Source: Eutreptiella sp. 'Long Island Sound 2002'
Lineage: Eukaryota > Protista > Euglenida
Direction of reading: 5' to 3'
Assembly (NCBI GenBank): GCA_964036045.1
Contig: OZ038378.1
Coordinates: forward strand, 20,956,001-21,020,000
DNA: 64,000 nt
The notes beneath the pieces are model-generated. The model made no database searches. It was not told the origin of the DNA and saw nothing but the letters and a program-made list of their open reading frames with translations. The position numbers and the translations under genes are program-made. Of this stretch, positions 1 through 9,012 are shown in pieces (position 1 is the stretch's first letter; each line of letters opens with the position of its first letter).

Positions 1-8
1 GTCCCAGC

Positions 9-149
9 CAAAATTTCTTCCGAGCTCCCCCGGCACGGTCGGCTGGGGAGCCCATGGAACATTCCTACCGATATCGGTTGCGTTTTGGGACCCGATTTGG
101 CTGCCAAAACTTCCGAGCATCTTTCCGAGGGATTTAAAAAACTTCCAAG
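9..149. repeat. Left copy of the ~140-156-bp terminal/subterminal repeat
   Basis: aaaatttcttccgagctccccggcacggtcggctgg...aaaacttccaagcg closely matches 10461-10799 in the same orientation and ends at the same base. Confidence 0.9.
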
Positions 150-294
150 CGTTTTTCCATCAGTTTTTTGTACAATGACCTACACCGTTCTTGGTTCCCA
201 AATCCCACACCTCAGCAAAGAAACACACAAAAAGACAAGCATGACCGTTCACTTACGCTTGAAATGTGAATGCTCAGTGCCTTGCCTGTTCATT

Positions 295-789
295 TCAGCT
301 TGAACTGTGAATGCTGTAATCTCCTTCGCTGAGCATCTGCACAGGACAGCCATCGCTTGACATGGCATCCACATCCACCACCACACGGCGATACTTCTTG
401 GGTTGAGGTTGGGGTTCAGGGTTGTCACTGGATGATGAGGAAGAATCTGAGGCACTTACTGTGGAGTCACCAGATAGGTGCACAGCATCATCATCCGAAT
501 CATTATCCTCGGGACTGCTACTGCTCCCACTATCACTGCTGCTGCTGCTGCTGCTGCTGCTGCCGCTGCTGCTGCTGTTGCTACGGTTACTGCTGCTACT
601 GCCACTGCCACGAGGGCACACAAGTTGCTGCTCAATGTCGCTATCAACAATGGGTACACGCGCCAACTTCGTACGCCTCATGGGTTGAACACGCTGCTGC
701 TCGTTCAAACCCGTAGGACCTTGAAATGAAGCAGCACTGTCCTCGCCCTCCGAAGGGGGTACAATATCAACTGTCGCAGGGTTAGAAAC
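295..789 (-). CDS. Ser/Asp-rich ORF in frame with the transposase, immediately after its TGA (probable C-terminal extension)
   Basis: The frame is open from 789 to 295 (VSNPATVDIVPPSEGEDS...PKKYRR...) and is separated from the transposase by one TGA at 790-792. A (GCT)n tract at ~537-600 encodes poly-Ser on this strand. Confidence 0.55.
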   Translation of the reverse strand, partial: VSNPATVDIVPPSEGEDSAASFQGPTGLNEQQRVQPMRRTKLARVPIVDSDIEQQLVCPRGSGSSSSNRSNSSSSGSSSSSSSSSDSGSSSSPEDNDSDDDAVHLSGDSTVSASDSSSSSSDNPEPQPQPKKYRRVVVDVDAMSSDGCPVQMLSEGDYSIHSSS

Positions 790-2796
790 TCAGCTTTGAG
801 GGATGGGCCCCACACGTCCCTTACCCTTTCCCTTGTCCTTCAGCGCCTTACGGCGTGCAGCACAGGACTTAAATGTGGCACGGCTCTTCAAACCCAGTTT
901 GGGCCACTTGCAGACAGCTTCCCTGTCCAGTGGTACCCATTGACGGACACCACGCTTTGAGCCACAGGTCCCACACAGACATACCACATCACTCTCGGGA
1001 TTTGCACCTGGAAAGGCGCATTTCACCGAACGGGTGTCTGGGTGCATATATAGGGAGCAACCACCTCCCTCCTGGAAATCCAGCAAATGCTCTAAGAGGC
1101 GTTGGAAGACCACATGCCACACGGCATTGGCAGCAACCATGCACGCCTCAAGAACAACGTTTCGTTGCACGGGCGCCCAAATTTTGGCACAGGGGATCTT
1201 CTTTTTTTTCTGCACGAACTTCTGATACAGCTCATGCTTCAAACTTTCACTAATACTGGCATCTTGCCTGGTACTAGTGACGGGGGCATATCTCTTGGCC
1301 ACCCTCAGATCCCGCTCGCCGGCCTCATCGGAATACAGCATGGGTGTCCGTGGATTAAACCATGTGTGGGACCACCCATGCATATATAAGGTTGCAGTGC
1401 AACCTTCTTCAGCAAACTCGGGGATGATGTGCACAATATATGTGTACAACATCCCCATAGCTTGCCATGTGACAGTTGCCAGGTTATTACAACCATAGCA
1501 TAGATGCACCATGTGGCAAAATGCCACCACCAAGGAATGGAAAGGCAGGGGGAGCACCATACCCCCTGCTAGTCTGCCCATGACTGTGCGGGCCTCGCGA
1601 CCTGTGAGGCTAATGCCTGCCTGAAATCTACCTCGTACGTGACGCATGTGCTGCCTGCTATCAGGTGGCAAAGATCCAGGATCATACCTCCTTGCCACAT
1701 GTGCTATGACCTGGAGTAGCTCATGGTTGTAGGGCGCTGGTAGTGTTCGACCTATGACACCCAGGATCCTGGAGGCTGCTCCTTTGGTGTTGTGCAATAC
1801 AGGTTGCACAATATATACCTCTTCCAGGTTAGAAACCCCCTGAAACTTATGGGACCCACGCACACCATTGAGACATCCCCCTTTGTGCAAAAAGAGTTCT
1901 CCCGCCCCATCCTTATTCACCCAGGGACACGCCACACAGCCCTTTTGCCGGCACTCAGACCACAAATGGTGGTGATCGGCAGTGATTGCCCCGAGCCTTA
2001 TCTGCAGGGTGGTGTTGTACACTGCACCAGCATACTTCATACGTTGCTTAAATTTACAAGAAGGCAGGGCTTGTAAGGCCTCTGCACGTTTGGGTAGCCA
2101 CTGGCAATCACTGACCTTGGGAAGCTCTTGCCAGGTCAACATGTCTGTGCACCTAGGCACATTGCCAGACATTGGGAACCAGTGTCCCTGGAAATCAATT
2201 ATACTGATTTTTGTGTTAATATTTGGACGGCCCCGGGGCTGGTAACCGTCGGCGTAGAGGCCTAAGGTCAGGGTGGCATGGGGTGGTGGGGGTTTCTGCC
2301 GGCCTTGGGCAGCCAATGAGCCACACTTCTGTAGAAGTAGGTGGCACAGCTGTGGTAACAACTTCCTGTTGTCCAGGGAGTAGTCCACTGCAGGAAGATG
2401 CAGGTCCTCCTGTTGCCTTAAAGCAACCATTGACCAACCAACCCCTGGTTGGAGATGGTCTAAGGTGCGCAAGACAGCGGCTGGCACCACATGCTCATGG
2501 CGAAGGCGAAGTGCAGCGGCCTGGCACTCTGGTGCTTGGGTGACTGATGTGGCCTGTGTGGTAGGCAAAGGGCCAAGGGACCTACGCACAACTGTGAAGG
2601 TGCCACTTGGGGGGCGCTGTAGCTGGTCTAGGTCCTTGGCCTGCAAGGGGGTGGCCGTGGGGAAGTTCATGGCAAAGGCTGACACCATGAATTGATCAGC
2701 TGGAATAGGGCATATGCTGGCAAATGCCTCCAGCTTGGAGATCTCCCCCTTCACCCATATAGCATGGTTGTTCACAACAAATTCATGGTGAAACAT
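790..2796 (-). CDS. DDE transposase, CACTA/Mirage/Chapaev-Transib (RAG1-like) group, 668 aa
   Basis: Ordered motifs: LYADG (D183), TADHH (D274), CVAC (C287/C290), VLH (H335), SLTGREAR (compare RAG1 MNGNFARKL), TLYMHGWSH (H473/H477), SDEAGE (E491/E494). The C(2)C and H(3-4)H motifs are the established CMC/Transib signature. Confidence 0.85.
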   Translation of the reverse strand: MFHHEFVVNNHAIWVKGEISKLEAFASICPIPADQFMVSAFAMNFPTATPLQAKDLDQLQRPPSGTFTVVRRSLGPLPTTQATSVTQAPECQAAALRLRHEHVVPAAVLRTLDHLQPGVGWSMVALRQQEDLHLPAVDYSLDNRKLLPQLCHLLLQKCGSLAAQGRQKPPPPHATLTLGLYADGYQPRGRPNINTKISIIDFQGHWFPMSGNVPRCTDMLTWQELPKVSDCQWLPKRAEALQALPSCKFKQRMKYAGAVYNTTLQIRLGAITADHHHLWSECRQKGCVACPWVNKDGAGELFLHKGGCLNGVRGSHKFQGVSNLEEVYIVQPVLHNTKGAASRILGVIGRTLPAPYNHELLQVIAHVARRYDPGSLPPDSRQHMRHVRGRFQAGISLTGREARTVMGRLAGGMVLPLPFHSLVVAFCHMVHLCYGCNNLATVTWQAMGMLYTYIVHIIPEFAEEGCTATLYMHGWSHTWFNPRTPMLYSDEAGERDLRVAKRYAPVTSTRQDASISESLKHELYQKFVQKKKKIPCAKIWAPVQRNVVLEACMVAANAVWHVVFQRLLEHLLDFQEGGGCSLYMHPDTRSVKCAFPGANPESDVVCLCGTCGSKRGVRQWVPLDREAVCKWPKLGLKSRATFKSCAARRKALKDKGKGKGRVGPIPQS

Positions 2797-2825
2797 GGTG
2801 CCTGGAAAACAGAAGATTGCAGTGG

Positions 2826-3562
2826 GCCACTGTTTTGGTTGGTTTCAAAGGAACCATGTATGGAAAGCCCCAACCAATACCTGTCACCAGAACCTTTTTT
2901 TGCCAGGATTGCTCCAACCAGTTTCGAGATCCAAGGGTCCAAAGTGTGCTCGACTATCCGCCCCCTCCCTCTGCGCCACTGTTTTGGTTGGTTTCAAGGA
3001 AACCATGTATGGAAAGCCCCAACCAGTACCTTTCACCAGAACCTTTTTTTGCCAGGATTGCTCCAACCAGTTTCGAGATCCAAGGGTCCAAAGTGTGCTC
3101 GACTATCCGCCCCCTCCCTCTGCGCCACTGTTTTGGTTGGTTGCAAGGAAACCATGTATGGAAAGCCCCAACCAGTACCTTTCACCAGAACCTTCATTTG
3201 CCAGGATTGCTTGAACCAGTTTCGAGATCCAAGGGTCCAAAGTGTGCTCGACTATCCGCCCCCTCCCTCTGCGCCACTGTTTTGGTTGGTTTCAAAGGAA
3301 CCATGTATGGAAAGCCCCAACCAATACCTTTCACCAGAACCTTTTTTTGCCAGGATTGCTCCAACCAGTTTCGAGATCCAAGGGTCCAAAGTGTGCTCGA
3401 CTATCCGCCCCCTCCCTCTGCGCCACTGTTTTGGTTGGTTTCAAGGAAACCATGTATGGAAAGCCCCAACCAGTACCTTTCACCAGAACCTTCATTTGCC
3501 AGGATTGCTTCAACCAGCTTCGAGATCCAAGGGTCCAAAGTGTGCTCGACTATCCGCCCCCT
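2826..3562. repeat. Tandem array of a 149-bp unit, ~5 copies
   Basis: gccactgttttggttgg recurs at 2826, 2975, 3124, 3273 and 3422; copies differ only by SNPs. Confidence 0.97.
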
Positions 3563-3645
3563 GCCACAGGCACGACAAGCACAAGCTGGGAAGTTCATGG
3601 CCGACTGGCTGGTGGTGTTGAAAAACACCGTAAAGGTCCACTTCC

Positions 3646-4659
3646 TCAGGCGTTGCCGAAGAGCTGGAAATTGGACCGTCTCGCCGAAGTCTGGGGTCGC
3701 TGCGGGGGGGCTTGCGCAGGGAGCAATGACCCAAACTGGGGCCTCTGCGGTGGGGGGGCGGACTGAGAGGCTCGCCGCCCGAGCAACGAGCCAAACTGCG
3801 GGGGGGCTTGCGCAGGGAGCAATGACCCAAACTGGGGCCTCTGCGGTGGGGGGGCGGACTGAGAGGGGGGGCGGAGCAACGAGCCAAACTGCGGGGTGGG
3901 GCACGGCCGCTTTGGGGCGGGAGCCATTGGGAGTAGTGAGGAACGGCGGTGCCTGCTATATTGTGTCAATGTCACCTGATCCCTGGCTCGAGGGGGCGGT
4001 GGCCGGCGAGGAACGGGTTGAGGGGGCGGCTTGGGGATAGGAGGGTGTTTTGGGGTAGCACACAGCACTTCAAGCACCACTGCTGCATGCTCCTCGTCCC
4101 TGTTGAGGAAATGCGAACGACTAATTCGCAGTCCCTCCTGCCACACCCGCAGGGGGTTTTTCTTGGGCTGCTGAACCGCAAACCGATACATCGCTCGGCA
4201 GTTCAGCACCCCATCAACAAAATACTGTACCCCGTGGTTGTCCCGGATGAGCTGCAGTGTTTTGGCACTGTAGGGCCCGTGAACAGTGGGTTTTGGGGGG
4301 GTGGGCGGGTCCTTGGGTACGTACTTGGGGGGTCGTGGGGGGGATGGCGGTGGCACGGCAGTGCACATCAGGGCCTCCTCCAGGGCTTCGAGGGCGACCT
4401 GGTATGGGGTTGAGTAGGGTCTGGGCAGAGGACTTGGAGAGGTTGGTGCGCGGCTGGGTGGAGGGGGAGAGGGGGGCGGTGTGGGCAATGGAGGTTGGGG
4501 CGAGGCCAGTTCGCTGAGACACTTCTCAGCGTCAGAGTCCCACGGTGGCGACGCGGGTTGGTCTCCGAACCGCAGGAGCTCCGGCAAATCTCCCCAGCCG
4601 TCCCGGAAGGAAGGGCTGGAGGGGACAGAAGAGGCCACGCTAAGGGGGGTAGACGACAT
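3646..4659 (-). CDS. Pro-rich protein (337 aa) with a small central globular region and 4 PQFGSLL repeats
   Basis: The ORF track frame 3646..4740 is open. The likely ATG at 4659 is preceded by the acceptor ccctctcttttcag|ctcgccATG. A 96-bp internal duplication lies at ~3706-3866. Confidence 0.6.
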   Translation of the reverse strand: MSSTPLSVASSVPSSPSFRDGWGDLPELLRFGDQPASPPWDSDAEKCLSELASPQPPLPTPPPSPPPPSRAPTSPSPLPRPYSTPYQVALEALEEALMCTAVPPPSPPRPPKYVPKDPPTPPKPTVHGPYSAKTLQLIRDNHGVQYFVDGVLNCRAMYRFAVQQPKKNPLRVWQEGLRISRSHFLNRDEEHAAVVLEVLCATPKHPPIPKPPPQPVPRRPPPPRARDQVTLTQYSRHRRSSLLPMAPAPKRPCPTPQFGSLLRPPSQSAPPPQRPQFGSLLPAQAPPQFGSLLGRRASQSAPPPQRPQFGSLLPAQAPPQRPQTSARRSNFQLFGNA

Positions 4660-4753
4660 GGCGAGCTGAAAAGAGAGGGTCACGGGTGCCAGACGCCTAC
4701 TTGGCGGGAGGGCGGGGGGGCGGGGGGGGCGGGGGAGCACTCAAGGGTTTGGG

Positions 4754-4846
4754 CCAGTACCTTCCACCAGAACCTTTCTTTGCCAGGATTGCTCCAACCA
4801 GTTTCGAGATCTAAGGGTCCAAAGTGTGCTCGACTATCCGCCCCCT
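4754..4846. repeat. Single partial copy of the 149-bp unit
   Basis: ccagtaccttccaccagaacc...gactatccgccccct, ending at the same phase as the two long arrays. Confidence 0.95.
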
Positions 4847-4951
4847 GCCGCAGGCACAACAAGCACAAGCTGGGCAGTTCATGGTACCATTCATGGCAAT
4901 TCATGGTGGTGTTGAAAAACACCGTTGGGCCCGTGGAGTGGTGGGGGCACA

Positions 4952-5482
4952 CTACAGCACAGGCGGAGGGGGTGGAGGGGATGACGGGGCCCGGGGATAT
5001 TGCGCCCACTGCTGTAGGAGGGTGGCCAGGGCCGCACGGGAAGCGGCCCTGACAACTGCCTGCCGCTGAGGGGCTGGGATGTCCCTCCAAAGGGCTCGAC
5101 TGACACCCAAGTGGAGGCTGATGACACCGTGTGGGCTACCACCGAGGTCTAGCACCGACATGTTTCCCTCCGCACATCTCGCCCGAACGTCGTACCTGTC
5201 CTGGGCGAAGACGTCCGTAGGGAAGGCTGGGATAGGGGCCGGTGGTGCAGGTGGAACCGGGGGGGGTGCAGCAGGGGCCGGAGCAGGGGCAGGAACAGGG
5301 GCGGACATGGCAGAGGAGGAGGCTATCTCTTCGTCCTCGACCTTGACCTTGGGGTCCTTGGCCTCCTTCGGCTCCTCCTTCGGCTCTCTCTTGAGCCTGA
5401 CCCTCTTGCCGGGTCCTTCCGTTACTGCTTCTCTTTCCCGCTTCTTGCCCCCTTCTTCTCCAGATTCGCACTTGTGTGACAT
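4952..5482 (-). CDS. Unknown protein (~176 aa): K/E-rich NLS-like N-terminus, Pro-Ala linker, small C-terminal domain
   Basis: Open frame, co-oriented with its neighbours; GKKRERE and KRVRLKRE are basic motifs. Confidence 0.5.
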   Translation of the reverse strand: MSHKCESGEEGGKKREREAVTEGPGKRVRLKREPKEEPKEAKDPKVKVEDEEIASSSAMSAPVPAPAPAPAAPPPVPPAPPAPIPAFPTDVFAQDRYDVRARCAEGNMSVLDLGGSPHGVISLHLGVSRALWRDIPAPQRQAVVRAASRAALATLLQQWAQYPRAPSSPPPPPPVL

Positions 5483-5639
5483 TAACAGAAACCCGACAAT
5501 CAGACAATTTGGAGTTGAAATACCAACTACCTTGTGTGGTCCGACCCTTCGAAAATTCAATAGTCTTTGAGCAATGCCCACATCCCAACTGTCTTCTGTG
5601 GTCCGACCCTTCGAAAATGCAATACTCTTCGATCAATGC

Positions 5640-6785
5640 CAAGCCCCAACCAGTACCTTTCACCAGAACCTTCATTTGCCAGGATTGCTTCAACCAGCTT
5701 CGAGATCCAAGGGTCCAAAGTGTGCTCGACTATCCGCCCCCTCACTCTGCGCCACTGTTCTGGTTGATTTCAAGGAAACCATGTATGGAAAGCCCCAACC
5801 AGTTCCTGTCACCAGAACCTTTTTTTGCCAGGATTGCTTCAACCAGCTTCGAGCTCCAAGGGTCCAAAGTGTGCTCGACTATCCGCCCCCTCCCTCTGCG
5901 CCACTGTTTTGGTTGGTTGCAAGGAAACCATGTATGGAAAGCCCCAACCAGTTCCTGTCACCAGAACCTTTTTTTGCCAGGATTGCTCCAACCAGCTTCG
6001 AGATCCAAGGGTCCAAAGTGTGCTCGACTATCCGCCCCCTCACTCTGCGCCACTGTTTTGGTAGGTTTCGAGGAAGCCATGTATGGAAAGCCCCAACCAA
6101 TACCTTTCACCAGAACCTTTTTTTGCCAGGATTGCTCCAACCAGTTTCGAGATGTAAGGGTCCAAAGTGTGCTCGACTATCCGCCCCCTCCCTGTGCGCC
6201 ACTGTTTTGGTTGGTTTCAAGGAAACCATGTATGGAAAGCCCCAACCAGTTCCTGTCACCAGAACCTTTTTTTGCCAGGATTGCTCCAACCAGCTTCGAG
6301 ATCCAAGGGTCCAAAGTGTGCTCGACTATCCGCCCCCTCACTCTGCGCCACTGTTTTGGTAGGTTTCGAGGAAACCATGTATGGAAAGCCCCAACCAGTA
6401 CCTTTCACCAGAACCTTTTTTTGCCAGGATTGCTCCAACCAGTTTCGAGATCCAAGGGTCCAAAGTGTGCTCGACTATCCGCCCCCTCACTCTGCGCCAC
6501 TGTTTTGGTTGGTTTCAAGGAAACCATGTATGGAAAGCCCCAACCAGTACCTTTCACCAGAACCTTTTCTTGCCAGGATTGCTTCAACCAGCTTCGAGAT
6601 CCAAGGGTCCAAAGTGTGCTCGACTATCCGCCCCCTCCCTCTGCGCCACTGTTTTGGTTGGTTGCAAGGAAACCATGTATGGAAAGCCCCAACCCGTTCC
6701 TGTCACCAGAACCTTTTTTTGCCAGGATTGCTCCAACCAGTTTCGAGATCCAAGGGTCCAAAGTGTGCTCGACTATCCGCCCCCT
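5640..6785. repeat. Tandem array of the 149-bp unit, ~7.7 copies
   Basis: Same unit and periodicity as 2826-3562. Confidence 0.97.
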
Positions 6786-6899
6786 GCCACAGGCACAACA
6801 AGCACAAGCTGGGCTGGAAGCATGAATGGATGCCAACAGGCAGTTCAGGTGCAGCTGCAGTTCATTTCAGTGCCTTGAATGGGAATATATACCTCCCTC

Positions 6900-8963
6900 T
6901 CAGTCCTCCCCCTCAGACTCAGGCTCAGGCTGAGGCTGTGCCTTGTGAGAGGCCTCGGCCTTGGCCTTAGGGGGCACAATGAGGAGAATCAACTCCCCTG
7001 GCCCGGAATCACCCCCATGGATGAGGGGGAAGGACCTCATCCAATTGCGAGGTCGGTGGGCAGACCCCTTCACATAGTCAATGACAGTCCTGACCTGTGT
7101 GACTATGCGAAGGGGCAGTGACCCCTGGTCCCCTGGTCCCCCTCCACTCCAGCCTACGTATGGGCTGCGGCTGATCTTCTTCCTCCTCTTACCTGAAGGG
7201 GCCCCAGAGTCAGGGGCCGCCCGCCCTCTCTTCACGCCTGTGGAGGAAACAGGCACCTTGGAATCTGAGTCAGATGACTCAGGGGCCACCTGCCCTCTCC
7301 TCACCCCTGTCGAGGAAATAGGCACGTCTGAGTCAGATGACTCAGAGTCTGAAACCACCACCTCCTCCTTCCCCTTCTCCTTCCCCTTCCCCTTACCCAC
7401 TGCAATCTCTGGGGCAGAGTCTGAAGAGTCTGAATCACCCCCCCCCTTCCCCTTACCCTTACCCTCCTCCTTCCCCTTCCCCTTACCCACTGCAATCTCT
7501 GGGGCAGAGTCTGAAGAGTCTGAATCCCCCCCCCCCTTCCGCTTCCGCTTCCCCTTCCCTTTCCCCTTACCCACACCAGGGATAGCAGGGCCAGAGTCAG
7601 GGTTCGCGATGCAAAAAAGTACCACAATGGGTACCATGTTGCCGGAGAGGGGGGCAAAGGGGACAGGCCCTTTGCCCCCCCCAACTGGGGCCAGCTGCCC
7701 GGAGACTTCTTTCATCTCCTTCAGGGCCGCAGGGCCCCAGCCAGTGCGGCGGCACTTCCAGCTCCCCTTCACCTGAGCCCATGCCAGGGTGTTGTCCAGC
7801 AACTCCCGGCACTGCCGCCCCCACATGGCAAAATGGCTCAGGGCGGGGGGGGTGTCCCAAACACCCACAGGACGGCTCATGTGCCACAAAATTATTTTAA
7901 CCGCCACATACATGCAGTTGTGGCGGTTGCAGGAGTCGGGGGCGGTGTGCATCCTCACCGAAACCCCCCTGTCCCTCAGCTTCTGGGTGCACGACCTTGA
8001 AACAGCCGTAGCTGCAAGGTCGTACACCTCCCAACCCCGAGGAGTCCCTGCAAAAACCACCCCATGCAGGAGCTCCTCCTGGTGTCCCCCTGTCACCTCC
8101 CATTTCCCAAAGGGGGGGAGGGTGCTGGGGGGCATCTTGGGGAGGGGGGCCTTAAGGAGGCGGCGTTTCTTTGCCTCCTCCCAAGCCCCCCGCATCTGCC
8201 CCAGCAGATCCTCTGCCCTTCCCTGCTGGGCAGTAGCTGCTGCCCGCAGCTTTCCCTCCCTGCTCTTCACCCCCTGCCCCCCCTGCCTCTTCCCCCCCAC
8301 CCCCTCCCGGACAGCCTGCTCAGCCTTCTTGAAGGACTGGCAGGCCTGCTCAAACTGCCCTCTCAACTTGGAGTACCGATCGGCTGGTGATCGGTACTCC
8401 TTGAGGACCAGTTTCCTCAACTGGTCCGGAACCCCCAACTCCCCACACACTGCCACACTCCGGTCAGAAATGGCCAGGTCCAGAACCACCTTGGCCACGT
8501 TTGGGGGCGTCTGCCCAATTGGAGCACGATGCTCCACTTGCCTGCGGGAGGTCACGGCCCCCCGAGTCACCCACACCACCACCCCCTCCCCCTCTGGCCC
8601 GTAGCGTGCCCCGGCCGCGAACCAGCACACTGTCTTCTTACTCAGCTGTGCAAGCACCATCTGGACTTGCACAGCTGCAACAGCCGCCAACAAAGCTGCG
8701 CAGTGGGCAGCCCGCATGCCCTTGGGGTCCTCCGCATCTTCTGCTGCGGCGGCGGGCTCTGCTGCTGCTGCTCCTGCTGCTCCTCCGACTGCTGGCGCCT
8801 CCCACAAAGCGGGGGTGGCTGGTGAAGGGTTGCTGGCACCGGCACTGCTATCGGCGCTGGGGTTCCCACTCCCAAGTTCAGCCAGTCGACCCGAGGAGAT
8901 GGGGACGGCGGCAGGAGCTGGTGGCTGGGCGCGGGCAGCCAGGGCAGCAGAGATGGAAGACAT
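6900..8963 (-). CDS. Unknown ~687-aa protein with a possible Ulp1/C48-like protease module and GK/SD-rich repeats
   Basis: ORF 6900..9083; likely start MSSIS at 8963, after cttcatcag|. Motifs HGVVFAGTPRGWEVYD...CNRHNCMYV; repeated GKGKGK-DSDSSDSAPEIAV; NLS-like GKRRKK. Confidence 0.65.
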   Translation of the reverse strand: MSSISAALAARAQPPAPAAVPISSGRLAELGSGNPSADSSAGASNPSPATPALWEAPAVGGAAGAAAAEPAAAAEDAEDPKGMRAAHCAALLAAVAAVQVQMVLAQLSKKTVCWFAAGARYGPEGEGVVVWVTRGAVTSRRQVEHRAPIGQTPPNVAKVVLDLAISDRSVAVCGELGVPDQLRKLVLKEYRSPADRYSKLRGQFEQACQSFKKAEQAVREGVGGKRQGGQGVKSREGKLRAAATAQQGRAEDLLGQMRGAWEEAKKRRLLKAPLPKMPPSTLPPFGKWEVTGGHQEELLHGVVFAGTPRGWEVYDLAATAVSRSCTQKLRDRGVSVRMHTAPDSCNRHNCMYVAVKIILWHMSRPVGVWDTPPALSHFAMWGRQCRELLDNTLAWAQVKGSWKCRRTGWGPAALKEMKEVSGQLAPVGGGKGPVPFAPLSGNMVPIVVLFCIANPDSGPAIPGVGKGKGKGKRKRKGGGDSDSSDSAPEIAVGKGKGKEEGKGKGKGGGDSDSSDSAPEIAVGKGKGKEKGKEEVVVSDSESSDSDVPISSTGVRRGQVAPESSDSDSKVPVSSTGVKRGRAAPDSGAPSGKRRKKISRSPYVGWSGGGPGDQGSLPLRIVTQVRTVIDYVKGSAHRPRNWMRSFPLIHGGDSGPGELILLIVPPKAKAEASHKAQPQPEPESEGED

Positions 8964-9012
8964 CAGAGCGAAAAAGAGGGCTGATGAAGACCCAACACAG
9001 TGCATCCCCAGC

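Noticed and set aside
357-729. Poly-Cys, poly-Leu and poly-Ala ORFs
   Set aside because: These are alternative readings of a (GCT)n microsatellite.
2826-6785. 149-bp arrays as a CRISPR-like array
   Set aside because: Units are contiguous and near-identical with no unique spacers, no cas genes are present, and the context is eukaryotic.
2692-6970. Long plus-strand ORFs and the 60-aa minus-strand ORFs within the arrays
   Set aside because: They are by-products of a stop-poor 149-bp unit cycling through frames; the same peptide appears in all three frames.
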